DNA from: Tubulanus polymorphus | Lineage: Eukaryota > Animalia > Nemertea | Assembly (NCBI RefSeq): GCF_964204645.1 | Contig: NC_134025.1 | Coordinates: 17,149,101-17,213,100, forward strand | DNA length: 64,000 nt | Reading direction: 5' to 3' | In this document: positions 36,142 to 49,689 of the stretch, one piece after another | Layout: each line of letters begins with the position of its first letter | How positions within the stretch are numbered: position 1 is the stretch's first letter | The notes under the pieces: model-generated | What the model saw: only the letters and a program-made list of their open reading frames with translations | What the model was told of the DNA's origin: nothing | Databases searched by the model: none | Made by a program: the position numbers and the translations under genes

Positions 36142-39100
36142 AAAGATGATATATTAGAAACTAAATTAGATGAATTAAAGAATGAAAAAGAAACATACAA
36201 ATGTGATACATGTAATCAATCATTCAGTGATAAAAGATATTATAAAGAACATTTAAAATCTAAAAGTCATATTAGAAATAAGAATAATGATATTTTAGGT
36301 GAAGATTATTTTGATGAAGATAATGATAAGAAACAGAAGACAATTAAAAGCATAAAAAATAAATTAAACAATAAAAGACCATACATGGAAGATGTAAGAA
36401 AATATATTAATTTATTGGATAATAAAAAAGATATAGAGATAACCGAAGCATTTAAAAGTGATATTGGCCCAGCAGCTATCGAGTTTAAATTTCATAAAGG
36501 AAAAACATTAGAAGAAAATAAAAAACATTTAGAAAATATGAAAGAAATAATAAAAATAATGACTGATGTTGAATATCCTAAAATTAGTATATCAGTTAAA
36601 GTAAAGTTTATAAAATCTGAAGATAAACCAATATATAATATAAATTCTCATTCACAACATATTATATATAAACAACATATAGATGATAAATTAGATAAAT
36701 GTTATAATGAAGTAAAAACTAAAATAGAAGAGAAATATTTTGAAGGATCTGGTTTAATATTTGATGAGATAATATTTATGACTTTACATGTTTATAACAC
36801 AAAATATAATAAGTTAACTAAATCAAAACCAATAGATGAAAATAATGTATCATATTATAAAGAACCAGATATTGAAGCATCAAGTTATATTAAACTACCA
36901 TTTAAAACTAATGCTGTTATAAATGTACAAAATTTTGATGAAGATATTACACATAGTTTTAGATTAACTCATTATAAACCATTTGAAAATAATTATAAGA
37001 TAGATAAGTATCCTGTTATAATTAAAAACATCCCAAAAATAGAAAGAGATAATAATATAAAGATAAATGTATTTGATTTAATCAAATTACCAAATACAAA
37101 AGGTAACAATATAAAACATTATACATTAGAACCTTTATATCTATCAAAAGATTATGATTCAAACGATGTTATAGATATACTATATTATGAGAATCATTAT
37201 ATGTGGATTAAACAAATAGATTTATTCTTTAGAACAGAAAGTGATCACCATAATAAAATATATCTATGTAGAAAATGTTTACATAGATTCAGTAATGAAA
37301 GTACATTATTAAATCATAAACAATTATGTGAAAATCATGATTATTGTAAATTAGTTTTACCAAATGAAAAAGAAAAAATATTAGAATTCAAAAAATTTGA
37401 TTACAAAAATAAAGTACCGTTTGTTATATATGGAGATTTTGAATCATTAAATAAAGAATTAACTGATCAAGATAGAAAAGAAATATATTATAAAAGAAAG
37501 AAATTAAATTCTAATGAAAATAATTATTCTGAAGAACCACCAAAAACAAATACTATTAAAAAGATTCATCAATCAGCTGCAGCTTTCGGGTTATATATTA
37601 AATCTGATTATCCAGAACTAATTGAAAGTGAATATTATCATTATAGAAATGAAAATGTTATCAATCATTTTTGTGACTTATTAATTGAATATGAAATAAG
37701 ATTTAATAAATTATTGAATACAAATATAGAAATTAAAATGACAGAAGAAGATAAAGAAGCATTTCCGTTTGCAGATAAATGTTATTATTGAGAAAAGATA
37801 TTTAATTATAAAGATAAAAAAGTAAGAGACCATGATCATTTGAATGGAAAGTTTAGAGGCGCCGCACATGAGAATTGTAACTTACAAGCTAAGAAAATTA
37901 ACTTTGTACCAGTTATATTTCATAATCTTTCAGGATATGATGCACATTTATTCATCAAACAGTTATGTCATAAAATAGAAGAAATTAATAATGAAATAGA
38001 AAGATTAAATTCAAATAGATCAAAAGATAAAATACCAACTTATAAATTTAGAATGTTAGCTAAAACATCTGAGAATTATATATCATTCCAATTTGGATGC
38101 TTAAGATTTATAGATTCATATAGATTTTTAAATAGTTCATTAGATAACTTATCAAAATCATTAGTTGATGATGAATTGAAGATATTAAAGCAACACTATC
38201 CAAATAATGATGATTTCCAATTAATGAGATATAAAGGAGCAATTCCATATTCATTTTATAAATCACATAATGATTTTAATATAACTGAATTATTAAAAGA
38301 ACAATTCTATGATGAATTAAAAAATGAATATGTTAAAGATGAAGTATATAATAGAACATTGAATATTTGGAATCATTTCAAAATAGAAAATCATGGACAA
38401 TTAGTAGATTCATATCTAAAATCAGATGTATTATTATTAACCGATATATTCGAAAGGTTTAGAGATGTAAACCTAAACTATTTTAACATTGATCCATGTC
38501 ATTGTTATTCTAGTCCAGGTTTAACACGGGATTGTGGATTAAAATTTACAGATATAAAAATGGATTTGTTAACAAATATAGATCAATTATTTTTATTTGA
38601 AAAATCTATAAGAGGAGGAGTTTCAGGTGTATTAGGTGATAGATATTTCAATGTAAATGATAACCCCGGATATAAGTTATTATATATAGATGCAAATAAT
38701 CTATGGTCTATATATGGTTGGGCAATGATGGAACCACAACCATATGGAGTATTTGAATTAACTGAAGTTTTACAGAATGAAAATAATGATAAATTTGATT
38801 GGAAGAAAAGAATTCTAGATATTGCAGATGATTCAGATACTGGTTACTTCTTTGTTGTAGATTTAGAATATCCTGAAGATAAAAAATTTAAATCTAGAAA
38901 TCTAGCTTACTGTCCCGAACATAAAACTGTTACTCATGAAGAATTATCAAATTATCAAAAAAGAATTAAACCCGAAAATCTTATTCATACAGAAAAGTTA
39001 ATGGTAACTCAAGAAGATAAATATAATTATGTAGTACATTATAGAATTTTAAAGTTTTATTTGAATCAAGGAATGGTTCTAAAAAAAGTACATAGATATA

Positions 39101-40031
39101 TTTCATTTAGTCAATCTAAGTGGTTAGAAAAATATATAGATTTTAACACGAAACAGAGAACTGAAGCTAAAACTGATTTTGAGAAAGATTTCTTCAAGTT
39201 AATGAACAATGCATTCTATGGTAAGACTTGTGAAAATATTAGAAATAGAAATGATATTGAGTTAGTTAGTAATGGTAAAAGAATTAGACATTTACAATCA
39301 TACCCTAAGTTCATTGGTAACAGAATATTTGATGAAAATTTAGCCGCAGTTAAAATGAGAAGAACATCAATGAAATTTAATAAACCAATCTATGTTGGCG
39401 CTTCAGTTTTAGAATTATCAAAATTACTAATGTATGAATTCTATTATAATATATTACAACCACTCTTTGGAGAAAAACATATAGAAATATTATATTTTGA
39501 TACCGATTCTTACATATTAAAGATAAAAACTGATAACATAACTGATGATTTAAAAACATTAAAACATCATTTTGATTTCAGTAATTATCCTAAAGATCAT
39601 GAATTGTTTAGCAATGATAATAAAAAAGTTCCAGGGAAGTTTAAGGATGAATTAGGTGGTGAAGAAATGATTGAATTCATCGGTATTAGATCTAAAATGT
39701 ATTCATATAGAACTAAGAACATGAAGCTAAAAAGTTAAAAGGAATAACCAAAAGTGTAGTAGAAAAGAATATTCATTTCAAAGATTACATCAATTGTATA
39801 TTCAATGAAGAAGTTAGAAAACATAAAATGAGATGTTTAAGATCTGAAGATCATGAAATGTTTATTGAAGAAATTGAAAAGATAAGTCTAAACCCATTTG
39901 ATGATAAAAGATATATTTTAGATGATGGAATTCATACAGTTGCTTATGGTTGTAATTTAGATGAATACTTAAAATTTAAAAGAGAAGAAACAAAAGAGAA
40001 CGAGATAATGAAAATAATTCTAACGTGTTAA
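36028..40031 (+). pseudogene. pPolB (type 2 N-terminus), two frameshifts
   Basis: Exo motifs, endonuclease-VII-like insert, YIDANNL, KLMNNAFYGKT and YFDTDS. Confidence 0.95.
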
Positions 40032-40060
40032 TCAAATTTTAATAAAAATATGTTATTAAA

Positions 40061-40414
40061 ATGGAGAGTAAACAAACACACAGTGAGAACAACAAATTAT
40101 TTCTAGATAGAATAAAAGATATCACAAATGTAAAATCTGTAGATTATAAATTTAAGAAGTTAACAGAATTAACAATCCATAAGAAATATCTAATTACAAA
40201 TATTGATACAGTTACTAATAAATATGGAGATAAATTAGTTATACACTTAGAATATGAAGGATTAAAAGGAAATACACATAAATTCAGAACATATTTACCG
40301 GATAGATTTCATAGATTATCAAGTGAAGATCTAGAAGAATTATGTTCTGGTGATTTCTATTTCGTACACAAAGGTAAGAATGAAAAAGGGCACCATGAAA
40401 TAGATTTCGAATAA
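40061..40414 (+). CDS. 117-aa protein, possible ssDNA-binding/OB-like
   Basis: Follows pPolB; homologous to 30647 and 59515. Confidence 0.55.
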   Translation: MESKQTHSENNKLFLDRIKDITNVKSVDYKFKKLTELTIHKKYLITNIDTVTNKYGDKLVIHLEYEGLKGNTHKFRTYLPDRFHRLSSEDLEELCSGDFYFVHKGKNEKGHHEIDFE

Positions 40415-40431
40415 GAAAATATGTAAAATAA

Positions 40432-41187
40432 ATGGTAGAATTAAAAGAATACAGAATATTTGTTGATTCTAGAAAACTTACAAATTATAAATCACATAAT
40501 TTACTAGTACAATTAGATAGAGAATTTAAGAATTGTGTTGATTTAAAATTAGTTAATATAAGTTTATGTAATTCTTTTTTTAATATATCGAATAAAACTC
40601 TTGATCATTTAGCTTTTAAAATTTATGTTAGAAATTTGAATAAATGGTTTCATCTTTATCTAAAACCAGGATTATATAATTTAGAAACATTAGCGCAAGA
40701 AATTAATAAAAGAGCTCGTTTAAAAATGGGTGCAGCTGCTAGATTTGAAATTAGATTTATTAAAAGTGATAGTTCTAATAAAATAAGAATAAAGTTAACT
40801 AATGAACAACATAGATTTCTAGTAAGAAAACCTTTAGATGAACTGTTTGGAATTCTTCCGGATAGACATTATTCAAGTATCGAAACTGATACAAATATAA
40901 TGACTTTTACACACTTTTATATTTATTGCAATTTAATCGAGCCTACAAAAACATTTGAAGCAACTAAAGATACAATTTGTAATTCTAGTATATTAAATAT
41001 TTTACCATTAAAAAATGTTAAACAATTTGGAACTCAAATAAATTATAATTTAACTGAATGTGATTTTAAACCTTGTATTCCTCAATTTGATAATTTTAAA
41101 TTAGAAATAAGAAATCACAATGGATATTTAATTGATTTGAATAACTTTCCTGTAATTTATGAATTAGTTATAAGATGTAGAGAGTAA
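40432..41187 (+). CDS. Minor capsid (penton-like) protein
   Basis: Intact 251 aa with an mCP-like pattern. Confidence 0.72.
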   Translation: MVELKEYRIFVDSRKLTNYKSHNLLVQLDREFKNCVDLKLVNISLCNSFFNISNKTLDHLAFKIYVRNLNKWFHLYLKPGLYNLETLAQEINKRARLKMGAAARFEIRFIKSDSSNKIRIKLTNEQHRFLVRKPLDELFGILPDRHYSSIETDTNIMTFTHFYIYCNLIEPTKTFEATKDTICNSSILNILPLKNVKQFGTQINYNLTECDFKPCIPQFDNFKLEIRNHNGYLIDLNNFPVIYELVIRCRE

Positions 41188-41203
41188 TTTTTTCATTATA
41201 TAA

Positions 41204-41557
41204 ATGAATATAACTGTTGGGCCGAGCATATGTTTTGGATTTGATTTTAAACGTGAGAAAGAAATGAAATTTAACATTAATGATGTAATTACACATATCA
41301 AAAATATTACATTTTCTAATGAAACAACATTTGAGTATGAAACAACAATAGATAAAGAAACTTTTAATGTAGAATAGATTACTAATTTAATTAGAGAATC
41401 TTTAAGATTTTATTAATTAGATGAAGATTTTATCATCGATGATATTAAAAAAATAATAATTGAAATATATACAAATGAAACTAGTAATGAAATAAATGTT
41501 GAATTAATCATAAATAAGATAACTAAATATTTTGATGATAGTGATTTTTTGATAAAT
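41204..41557 (+). pseudogene. MNITVG-type small gene (stops)
   Basis: Homologous to 3263..3574. Confidence 0.65.
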
Positions 41558-41559
41558 AA

Positions 41560-41781
41560 ATGAGTGATAATAAGTGGATAATAACTGGATTATATAATGG
41601 CGCATTACTATCAGTTGGAACTGTTGGTTATTCAATGGTATTAAAAAAAGTATTCAAAATGGGAAGTGTTAATGTTGATAGATTTGATATAAATGATATT
41701 TTAAAGTTAACATTAGCAGTTACTTTATCTAATTTAACTATTGATTATTTAGAAAAACAAAAATATATTCCTCCCATATAA
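41560..41781 (+). CDS. 73-aa hydrophobic protein
   Basis: Identical in sequence to 3049..3270. Confidence 0.75.
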   Translation: MSDNKWIITGLYNGALLSVGTVGYSMVLKKVFKMGSVNVDRFDINDILKLTLAVTLSNLTIDYLEKQKYIPPI

Positions 41782-41806
41782 ATGCATAATTTTTTTTGCT
41801 AAATAA

Positions 41807-42229
41807 ATGGCTTCTGCAATTATAACTATTATAGGATCGGCAATTGTTAACGCTTTAGCATTTACTGGTGGCGATTATTTATTTAAACATATTGATAAAA
41901 ATAGTTCATTAGGAGAACAAAGAAGACATAACTTAGCATTAGAGAAATACAATAAAGCTGCAGAAGAATATAGAGAAAAGAGGCAAAACTATATGGATTA
42001 TATTAACAAAGAATTATATGATCAGAAGATTTCACACAGAGATTTTCAATCAGTTGATGAAGCTATGAGTTTATATAACGCTGTAACCAATAAAGAAAAA
42101 TTACATCTATACAAACCTAAATTATCAGATTATTATACCCCCAGTAATGAACAGAAGAAATATGAAATAATTTGGATTTTAGGTGGAACTGTTATTGTTA
42201 TATTTGTTGCTTATAAGTTTACTAATTAG
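41807..42229 (+). CDS. 140-aa membrane protein
   Basis: Intact homologue of 11475. Confidence 0.75.
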   Translation: MASAIITIIGSAIVNALAFTGGDYLFKHIDKNSSLGEQRRHNLALEKYNKAAEEYREKRQNYMDYINKELYDQKISHRDFQSVDEAMSLYNAVTNKEKLHLYKPKLSDYYTPSNEQKKYEIIWILGGTVIVIFVAYKFTN

Positions 42230-42248
42230 TAATTTTTTTGCTAAATAA

Positions 42249-44043
42249 ATGGAAGATAAAGTTGATAATATTGATATTATTCCTCATGATATAAATAAAA
42301 CTAAATTAAAAACATATTTAGAAAAACAAATATTAGAATTTGAAAGTGACTTAAATTATTAGTGGTTCGGTTACAATTAGTTCTGTAATAACATGTTTAG
42401 CAATATTTTCACCATTAACACCTTTAGCTATATCAATTGGCGTGTTAGGATTATCATCAAGTGTTTTAACTGGTATAAGTTCAAAATTGAATATAAAAAG
42501 TAATAAAGAAAAAATTAAAACTAATATAAAAGAAATTAATAAATTACAGAATACACTAGATTATATAATAAGTTTGAATGGCCATATAACAGTTGAAGAA
42601 CAAGATAAATTATTAAAAGAATTAATAAATTATTAATTTTTTAATTATATAAATGGCAGATAGTTTTCCAAAAGCTTTCCAATATAATAAATCAATTAAA
42701 TATAATATTCCAGCAATAGATTTTAATAAAGATATTACATATAGAAATGAAGTTTTAGATTCATTAACTAATTTAGAAATTTATGTTACTTATGTTACTG
42801 AAACTAATAATTTTAATGCAAAGATGGAATTCATGTCTATTTAATTAATTTTAAAAAATTGAAAGATGAAAAACAATGGTTATTAAAATCTAATATGAAG
42901 TATTGGCAGAACCAATTAAATTTTGCTGTTTATTGTGCAACAACAGGATGTGGAATTAGTTGGAATGATCATTTGAATAATTCTAAATATAAATTAATTC
43001 AAAGTTTATTTAGATTTCATACATACTTTCAAATCAGAATAATATTAAATGAATTAGAGTGTGCTTTACTAGGATCTAGATATTATTAAGAATTAGATAA
43101 TAATATTAATTTATCAAAGTTTTATAAAATTTGTAATGAATTTAATATAGATATAAATAATTCTGATTTTAGAACAAAAATTGGAACAGTAAGATCACTT
43201 CCTTGCCCTAACAAGATTGCAGAATATTGTGCACTTCCCATACCATCTAATAGTTTTTATAATATCTATAATAATAAATTAGGTTATGGTAAAATAGAAA
43301 CAAAGGATTTAGAAACATTAAATTTCAATAAATTACCGAAATTTTATGATCATTTAAAACAAGAAAACAATAATGGTTGGGTTTATTTCATTTTAGAAAA
43401 TAGTGAAGGTTTTACAAAATCAGGTATACAAAGAATAAATCAATCTATTAGAACTTATTTGATATGTATTCTAGGCGCACAAGTTGAAACAAGATCCCCA
43501 ATAATTGGAAATTTAAATACATCATTTGATACGCAGAAACAATTTAAAGTATTATTTGAAGATTCCATTCATAATGATAAAAATAGATCGATTCCAGAAA
43601 ACATTGTAAGATATCAAAATTATTTAGATAAATCACATATTAGATTAAATTATTGTATAGGCCCTAATCTATTAATTATTTCTAATGATTTAGTATTAAA
43701 GATGGGAAATATAATTGGTTATAATAATCTAATTAAAACTGCAACAATAAATAATTCATTTGGATTAAATGATATAAATAAAAAGATAATAACTGCTCCA
43801 AAATTAATGGAAGGTGAAAAAAATAAAAAACATATTCAATCAACAGAAACTAAAACTAATAATATTAAATTAAATAATGATTCTAAAATAAAAGATTACA
43901 ATACATCAGAAAATATTAGAACCGATAATGTTCAACATGAAATAATTAAACTAAATGATGATAATAAATCCCATGAAAATACTAAATTAGCTATAACTTG
44001 TATAGGAATTGTAATCGGAGGAATATTATATTTTAAATTTTAA
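42249..44043 (+). pseudogene. 144-aa and 462-aa genes, both disrupted
   Basis: ORF pieces 42442, 42653, 42859 and 43459. Confidence 0.78.
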
Positions 44044-44059
44044 TTTTTTTATTATGTAA

Positions 44060-45516
44060 ATGGCAGAAGGCGGAGAAGATTATGAAATGGGAGAAATGGG
44101 AATTAATAATGAAGGATATATTGATGATGATTATAATGATGCAGAAACTAATATTGATGATGGTAATGAATCAGCATATAATTCTAATTTAGCAGATAGT
44201 GGTTCTAAAGGCCAATCAACAGATGAATTTGATAGAAGAACTAGATCGAGAATACCTATTGAAAATGAAAATCCAGGTTTATTAAAGGAAAATTTAGAAT
44301 ATAATGAATATATTTATAATTTCAAACATGTATTTGAAGAATCTGGATATAATATAAATGCCAGAGGCGCCAGACTTTTAGTACAAGAATTAAAGTTTTT
44401 AGATGGTGAATGTTATTATCGTTTGAAAGGTGATTATTATATTGATATCTCTTATAAAAAACAAAACAAAATATTAGCAGAATCAACTTTGCTTAAGTCT
44501 GACTCATTACTATCTAGAATTAAAAGAATAAGAAATAGTAATGAAATAGAAGATGTAACACAAGAAGAAATTATTGAAAATGAAAGAGTATTTAAACAAA
44601 GAATTAATGAATTATTTGAAACAGTCGATAATAATTTAGAACCAGAAACAAGTTCTAAACAGAATATAACTTCCAAAACTACTAGACCTAATTCAAGAGA
44701 AGTTCAAACTGAAAAACTTTTACCGAAGGGATTACTTGATGCAACAGATCAACAATTAGAAGATTTAGATATATTTTCTGATAAAGCAATTAGAGAGATT
44801 ATTAGTATAAGACATGCATCTGATAAAATTGCGCATGAAAAAGAAATAAGAGATTTTAAAATTAGATTTTTAGAAAAAGAATTAACTGATAAAAATAAAG
44901 AAATAGAACAATTAAAGTCTGATCTTGATCGTAAAGCAATTGATGAAAATGAATTTAGAAAAAGAAATGCATATTTAGAAAAAGAAAAAGATGATTTAGA
45001 ATATAACATAGAATTACAAAAAGAAGAAATTAAATTATTTTAAAATCATATGATTATAATATTGATAGATTAAAGGATGTTTTTAAAAGATATCTAATAA
45101 AACCAGATTCTAGAATATCATTGAAATATAGAATAAAATTATTATTTAAGTTTGAAGGAATAACAATTCTTTCAATTCTAACAGCTGTAACTATGTTATT
45201 TACAACAATAGGTTTAGCAATATCAAATGCTTTAAAATCTACTCCTACTCCAAATAAACCGGATAAACCCCCAAATGATAATAATTCTATACAAGATAAA
45301 GTTAAGGATGGCTTAAAGAAATTAGCAAAATATTTATGGGAACTATCTAAAAAATCTGCTGCAGCATTACCAGGAATTATTGCATCAATTGTTGGTTTTA
45401 TATTGAAATCTGCAGGAAACATTATTAACTTTGCTGCTGAACATATTATTTTATTTTTAATTACAGTTGTAAGTGCAATTATTTTTGGGTTAGTGAACAT
45501 GATAAAAAATAAATAA
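44060..45516 (+). pseudogene. Acidic/coiled-coil/TM protein (one frameshift)
   Basis: ORFs 44060..45043 and 45121..45516. Confidence 0.75.
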
Positions 45517-45536
45517 TTAATTTTTTTGTTAAATAA

Positions 45537-46788
45537 ATGAGTGGGAGTTATATCAATCCTTCTAAGAATCATAGAATATCTAATGCTATTAAAGCAGAAA
45601 GATCACATCATATAATTACTCATAACCCTTCTAATATTAATCCCGATGAAACTTTATATGTTAGAATTCCCCGATTAACACAAAATACTTTTTATGTTCC
45701 AAATAGTATTTATTTATCAGCCGATATAAAAGTAATCGGTAATAATAATAATTATGTTGTTGATAATGTTGGAAGATATTTGATTAAAAAATTAACTAAC
45801 TATAAAGATCGGTCCGGAAACAGTTTTCTCATTAGATGATTATGATTTATTCATGCATTATAAAGATTTATGGTTAACAAAAGAAAATAGAAATAATATG
45901 ATATTTCAAGGAATCCAATCAGAAAACCAAAATAAATTAAGATCAGAAGCTAATAGCGCAATATTAACTAATGCTGTAGATAAATTGATAAAAAGTATAT
46001 ATGGAAGCAAATATAAAATTCCATTAGACTTTGAATTGATAAATAATAATGCACCTTTATATAAATACGCAATTCAAGAAGATGTTATATTCGAAATAAC
46101 ATTTGCTCCTGTAAATGAAATTGTAATATCTAGCGTTAATAAAGATATGAGTTATAAATTATCGAATATATGTTTAGAATATGATACAGTAACTGATGAA
46201 AATATTTCAAGTATAATTCAAACTAAATACAATCAAGGATTTTCATTATTATATGATTATATTGATAAATTTAAAACTGTAACTATTAATGGAAGTAATG
46301 AAATTATTAATGAGAATATTAACTTCCCAAGAAGATCTATTAAAGGTATATTAATATTTTTTACCATTGCAACATATACTAATGGCGCAATAAATGTTGA
46401 TAATTATTATAATCCTGAAATAACAAAAGTAGAAATAACTATCGAAGGAATAGCAAATAAAATGTTTTGTCAAGGAATGAGAATGATTGATCAATGGCCA
46501 GAAATTAGAAAACATTTTATGAATGAAAAAGTAAAATCATCTGAAAATTGTAATATTAATCAAATTGATTATTATACTGGTAATAAATATGCATTATGGT
46601 TAGATTTTAGAACAACAGAAGATAAGTTATTACATGGTTCTGGGAAAAAACTACAAAACACTAAAGATGGAATACAATTATTCATGACAAAGAATAAAGG
46701 AATCAAAAATTTCAAAATGCACATTTATATTATATCTGACGCGCAATTAAATATTGTAAATTCACAATTAGATAGTATTATGTATTAA
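45537..46788 (+). pseudogene. Major capsid protein (4-bp duplication frameshift)
   Basis: ORFs 45537 and 45853; TAAC duplicated near 45795. Confidence 0.72.
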
Positions 46789-46820
46789 AATTTTAACTTT
46801 AATAAAAAATCTTATATTAA

Positions 46821-47593
46821 ATGGAAGGAGGTAAAGTATATAAACATATTCCATACATCGATACACATGAAAATAATGATGGTTTATATTATGTAATACC
46901 TTGCAATATAGCTTTGATATTTGATCCTATTTTCAAAAATTATAAACTAAACTAATAGAAATCGATAATAATTTAAGTAATGTAATTGATAATAATGTAA
47001 TACCTTCTACATCTAATAATGTAATACCTTCTACATATAATAATGCAATAATATTAAATGTTAGTAAAAATAGAAATTATTGTGATTATTGTAAAGGTGA
47101 ATTTTCAAACGCCCCATCAAATTGGAATAAACATATGAATACAAATTCACATATTACTTATGTTATAGAACGTGTTGGTTTAAGAGAATTTATAGAACAC
47201 CCATTTAGATATGTTACAAAATTTGTTTCAAATAAAAAAGTAAATGGTAAAGAATTATATGAAGATTTTTTATTAGCAACACCTAATAAAGATGAATTAG
47301 ATTTAACCGATGCTAATGAAATATTAGGATCAAACACTGTAAATGAAATATTAGGAGCAAACACTAATAAAGATGATAATGAAAATACAGGAAAGCGCAT
47401 TGATAATAAAGATTCTATGAAACTTAAATCAGAAAATAAAGATATAGTTGAGATGCCTAATAAGTATATCAATAAACCAATTATTTATGAAGATACGGTA
47501 GAGCATTTGAATAAATTGTTAGGGCCTGATATGAATGAATTGGAGAGTGATGATGAAAGTGATTCAGAAATTAATTATCTAACACTCAAATAA
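46821..47593 (+). pseudogene. Accessory zinc-finger protein seen only in D
   Basis: TAAATG start; CDYCKGEFSNAPSNWNKHMNTNSH finger; acidic tail. Confidence 0.5.
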
Positions 47594-47629
47594 TAATAAA
47601 GGTTGAAAATTGTATAAAATAATAGTAAA

Positions 47630-47962
47630 TAAAAAAGGGGGTTTAAGTATTTAAGGTATTTTAAGGTATCTAATACATATCTAATACATATCTAATACAT
47701 ATCTAATACATATTATTTGAAAATACCTTAAATTATATTTCTTTTTTAAATTTTATGTTGAAACCTCAGTAATAATAAATAACCTTTATTATTTTCAAAC
47801 TTATTCATATATTAGTTGAAATAATAAAAATAAATTGGTTGAAAATTTTATAAATAATATTTATTTTAAAAAGGGGGTTTTAAGTATTTAAGGTATCTAA
47901 TAGGGTATTAGGTATTAGGGTATCTAATGGGCTATCAGGTATTAGGGTATCTAATACATAGG
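47630..47962. repeat. TATCTAATACA / GGTATCTAAT repeat region between convergent modules
   Basis: Tandem 11-mers at ~47667-47712; AAAAGGGGGTTTAAGTATTTAAGGTAT duplicated at ~47632 and ~47869. Confidence 0.8.
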
Positions 47963-47973
47963 TATACAAATAG

Positions 47974-48585
47974 TTATTTTATAAATTTATATTCATATGG
48001 AAATTGTAATCTCAGTAATAATTTTGAACCTTTATTATTCTTTAATTTATTCATATATTCATCATGTAATTCAGTAGGTATAATTTTATTTTCTTCCAAT
48101 GATTGTTGCATAGATTTTCTATCTTTGTTATAGAATAAAACTAGAAATCTTATATTCTCCCTAAAGTCTTTAACAATTGAATTATATTTTTGATTTAAAA
48201 CCCATGTTGTTATCCCAAAATGTCTTCCAGAGAAAGCTAGATAACATAACTCACTTTCTCTAACTTTTGAATCATGTAAATTTGCACAATCATCTATGAT
48301 GAATAATGTATTTGATCCTTTATAAGTATCGATTGCTATTTTAATACAATTATCTAAATTTTCTTTTACTGTTTTAGGATTTAATATAATAAACTTTTTT
48401 ATCTTAACTATATCTCTATTATATGTTTTATTCATTTCATAAGTAGGACAGAATTATATTATATTATCAAAATGATTCTTATAAATAGTTTCTAACAAAT
48501 CTAATATGAAATGTGTTTTACCACAATTGGTTACTCCAGTAACTAACATATTATGCGGTTCAAATATGAATAAATCTTTATTCAT
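47974..48585 (-). pseudogene. Packaging ATPase (frameshift)
   Basis: TGVTNCGKT, IIDD and SGRHFG motifs. Confidence 0.88.
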
Positions 48586-49678
48586 TTATTCTTTTAATTT
48601 TACTAGATAAAATCCATTCATTAAAGTTATCATCGTATCCTTTATATTTCACCAAAGAATACTTTTTTCCTTTAAGAGTTTTTGTTTTCAATACTTTTTC
48701 TATTTTGTATTCTATTTCATCTGGATTTGGTACAAGTGATAATTCTTGTTCATAGAAATAACCTAATATTTCTTCATCTTTTATATCTTCTAATCTATAA
48801 ACAAATGGTTTAGTTAATATTGTCTTTTTAATCTTGAATATTTCTTCTGTAAAATTAGGGGTATAACCTTTATAAAATGTTTTTCTATATTTAGATATTC
48901 TAACGTGTTGTCCTATTTTAAATTTTGGTTCACCGAAATCATGTGTAACAAATGCTCCATATAAATCATTCCAAACTATTTCTGAATTATCTTCTTTTCT
49001 AGCTTGTATAGGTTTCATATTTATAGAACTATGTTTAGAATTATTATAACCTTTCACTAAATCATCTAACACATCGATATATTTATATGTTTCATTAGCA
49101 GTAAAATATTTCCACATTCTAGTTTTCAATGTTTTATTAAATCTTTCTATAATAGATGCTTTTTTATCTGAGTGTGTTGAAAAATATTCTACATCGTTAT
49201 CAGATAATTGTTTTTTAAAATGTTTGTTATAAAATTCCTTACCTTCATCAAATTGTATCTTATCTGGAATAGCTTCTTTAAATATAGATTTAAAAGCATT
49301 TGTAACTTCTATTCCAGTTTTATTTTTGATTGGAATTGACCATGCGTATCTACTGAATATGTCTATAACATTTAATATCCAGAAATATCCTTTGTTGTAT
49401 TCTTCTAAGTTCTTCATGTCAATTAAATCTGCTTGCCATTGTTGATCGATATATGAAACCATAACTTTTCTTGTTAAATAAGTTTTATCCATTTTCTTGT
49501 GGATTTGATATGTTGGTTGATTTTGTAACCATGATTTTAATTCCCCATATTTTATATTACCATTTTCTTTATCAGATTTAATTTTATTCCATAATTCTGA
49601 AACGCTAGATTTGATACTTCACTTTCTGGGCTATAATATAAATCTCTTAGATTCTTTTTTCATCTTATTTTAATCCAT
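48578..49678 (-). CDS. rve integrase with chromodomain (divergent type; 5' frameshifts)
   Basis: WQADL, IDIFSRY, QFDEGKEF, IIERFNKT and a chromodomain. Confidence 0.92.
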
Positions 49679-49689
49679 TAATAATAATT

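Noticed and set aside
45054-45572. 172-aa minus-strand ORF and similar antisense ORFs (138, 3324, 14680, 25466, 44452, 44749, 47158, 54443)
   Set aside because: Shadows of AT-rich sense genes; no TAAATG start and no motifs.
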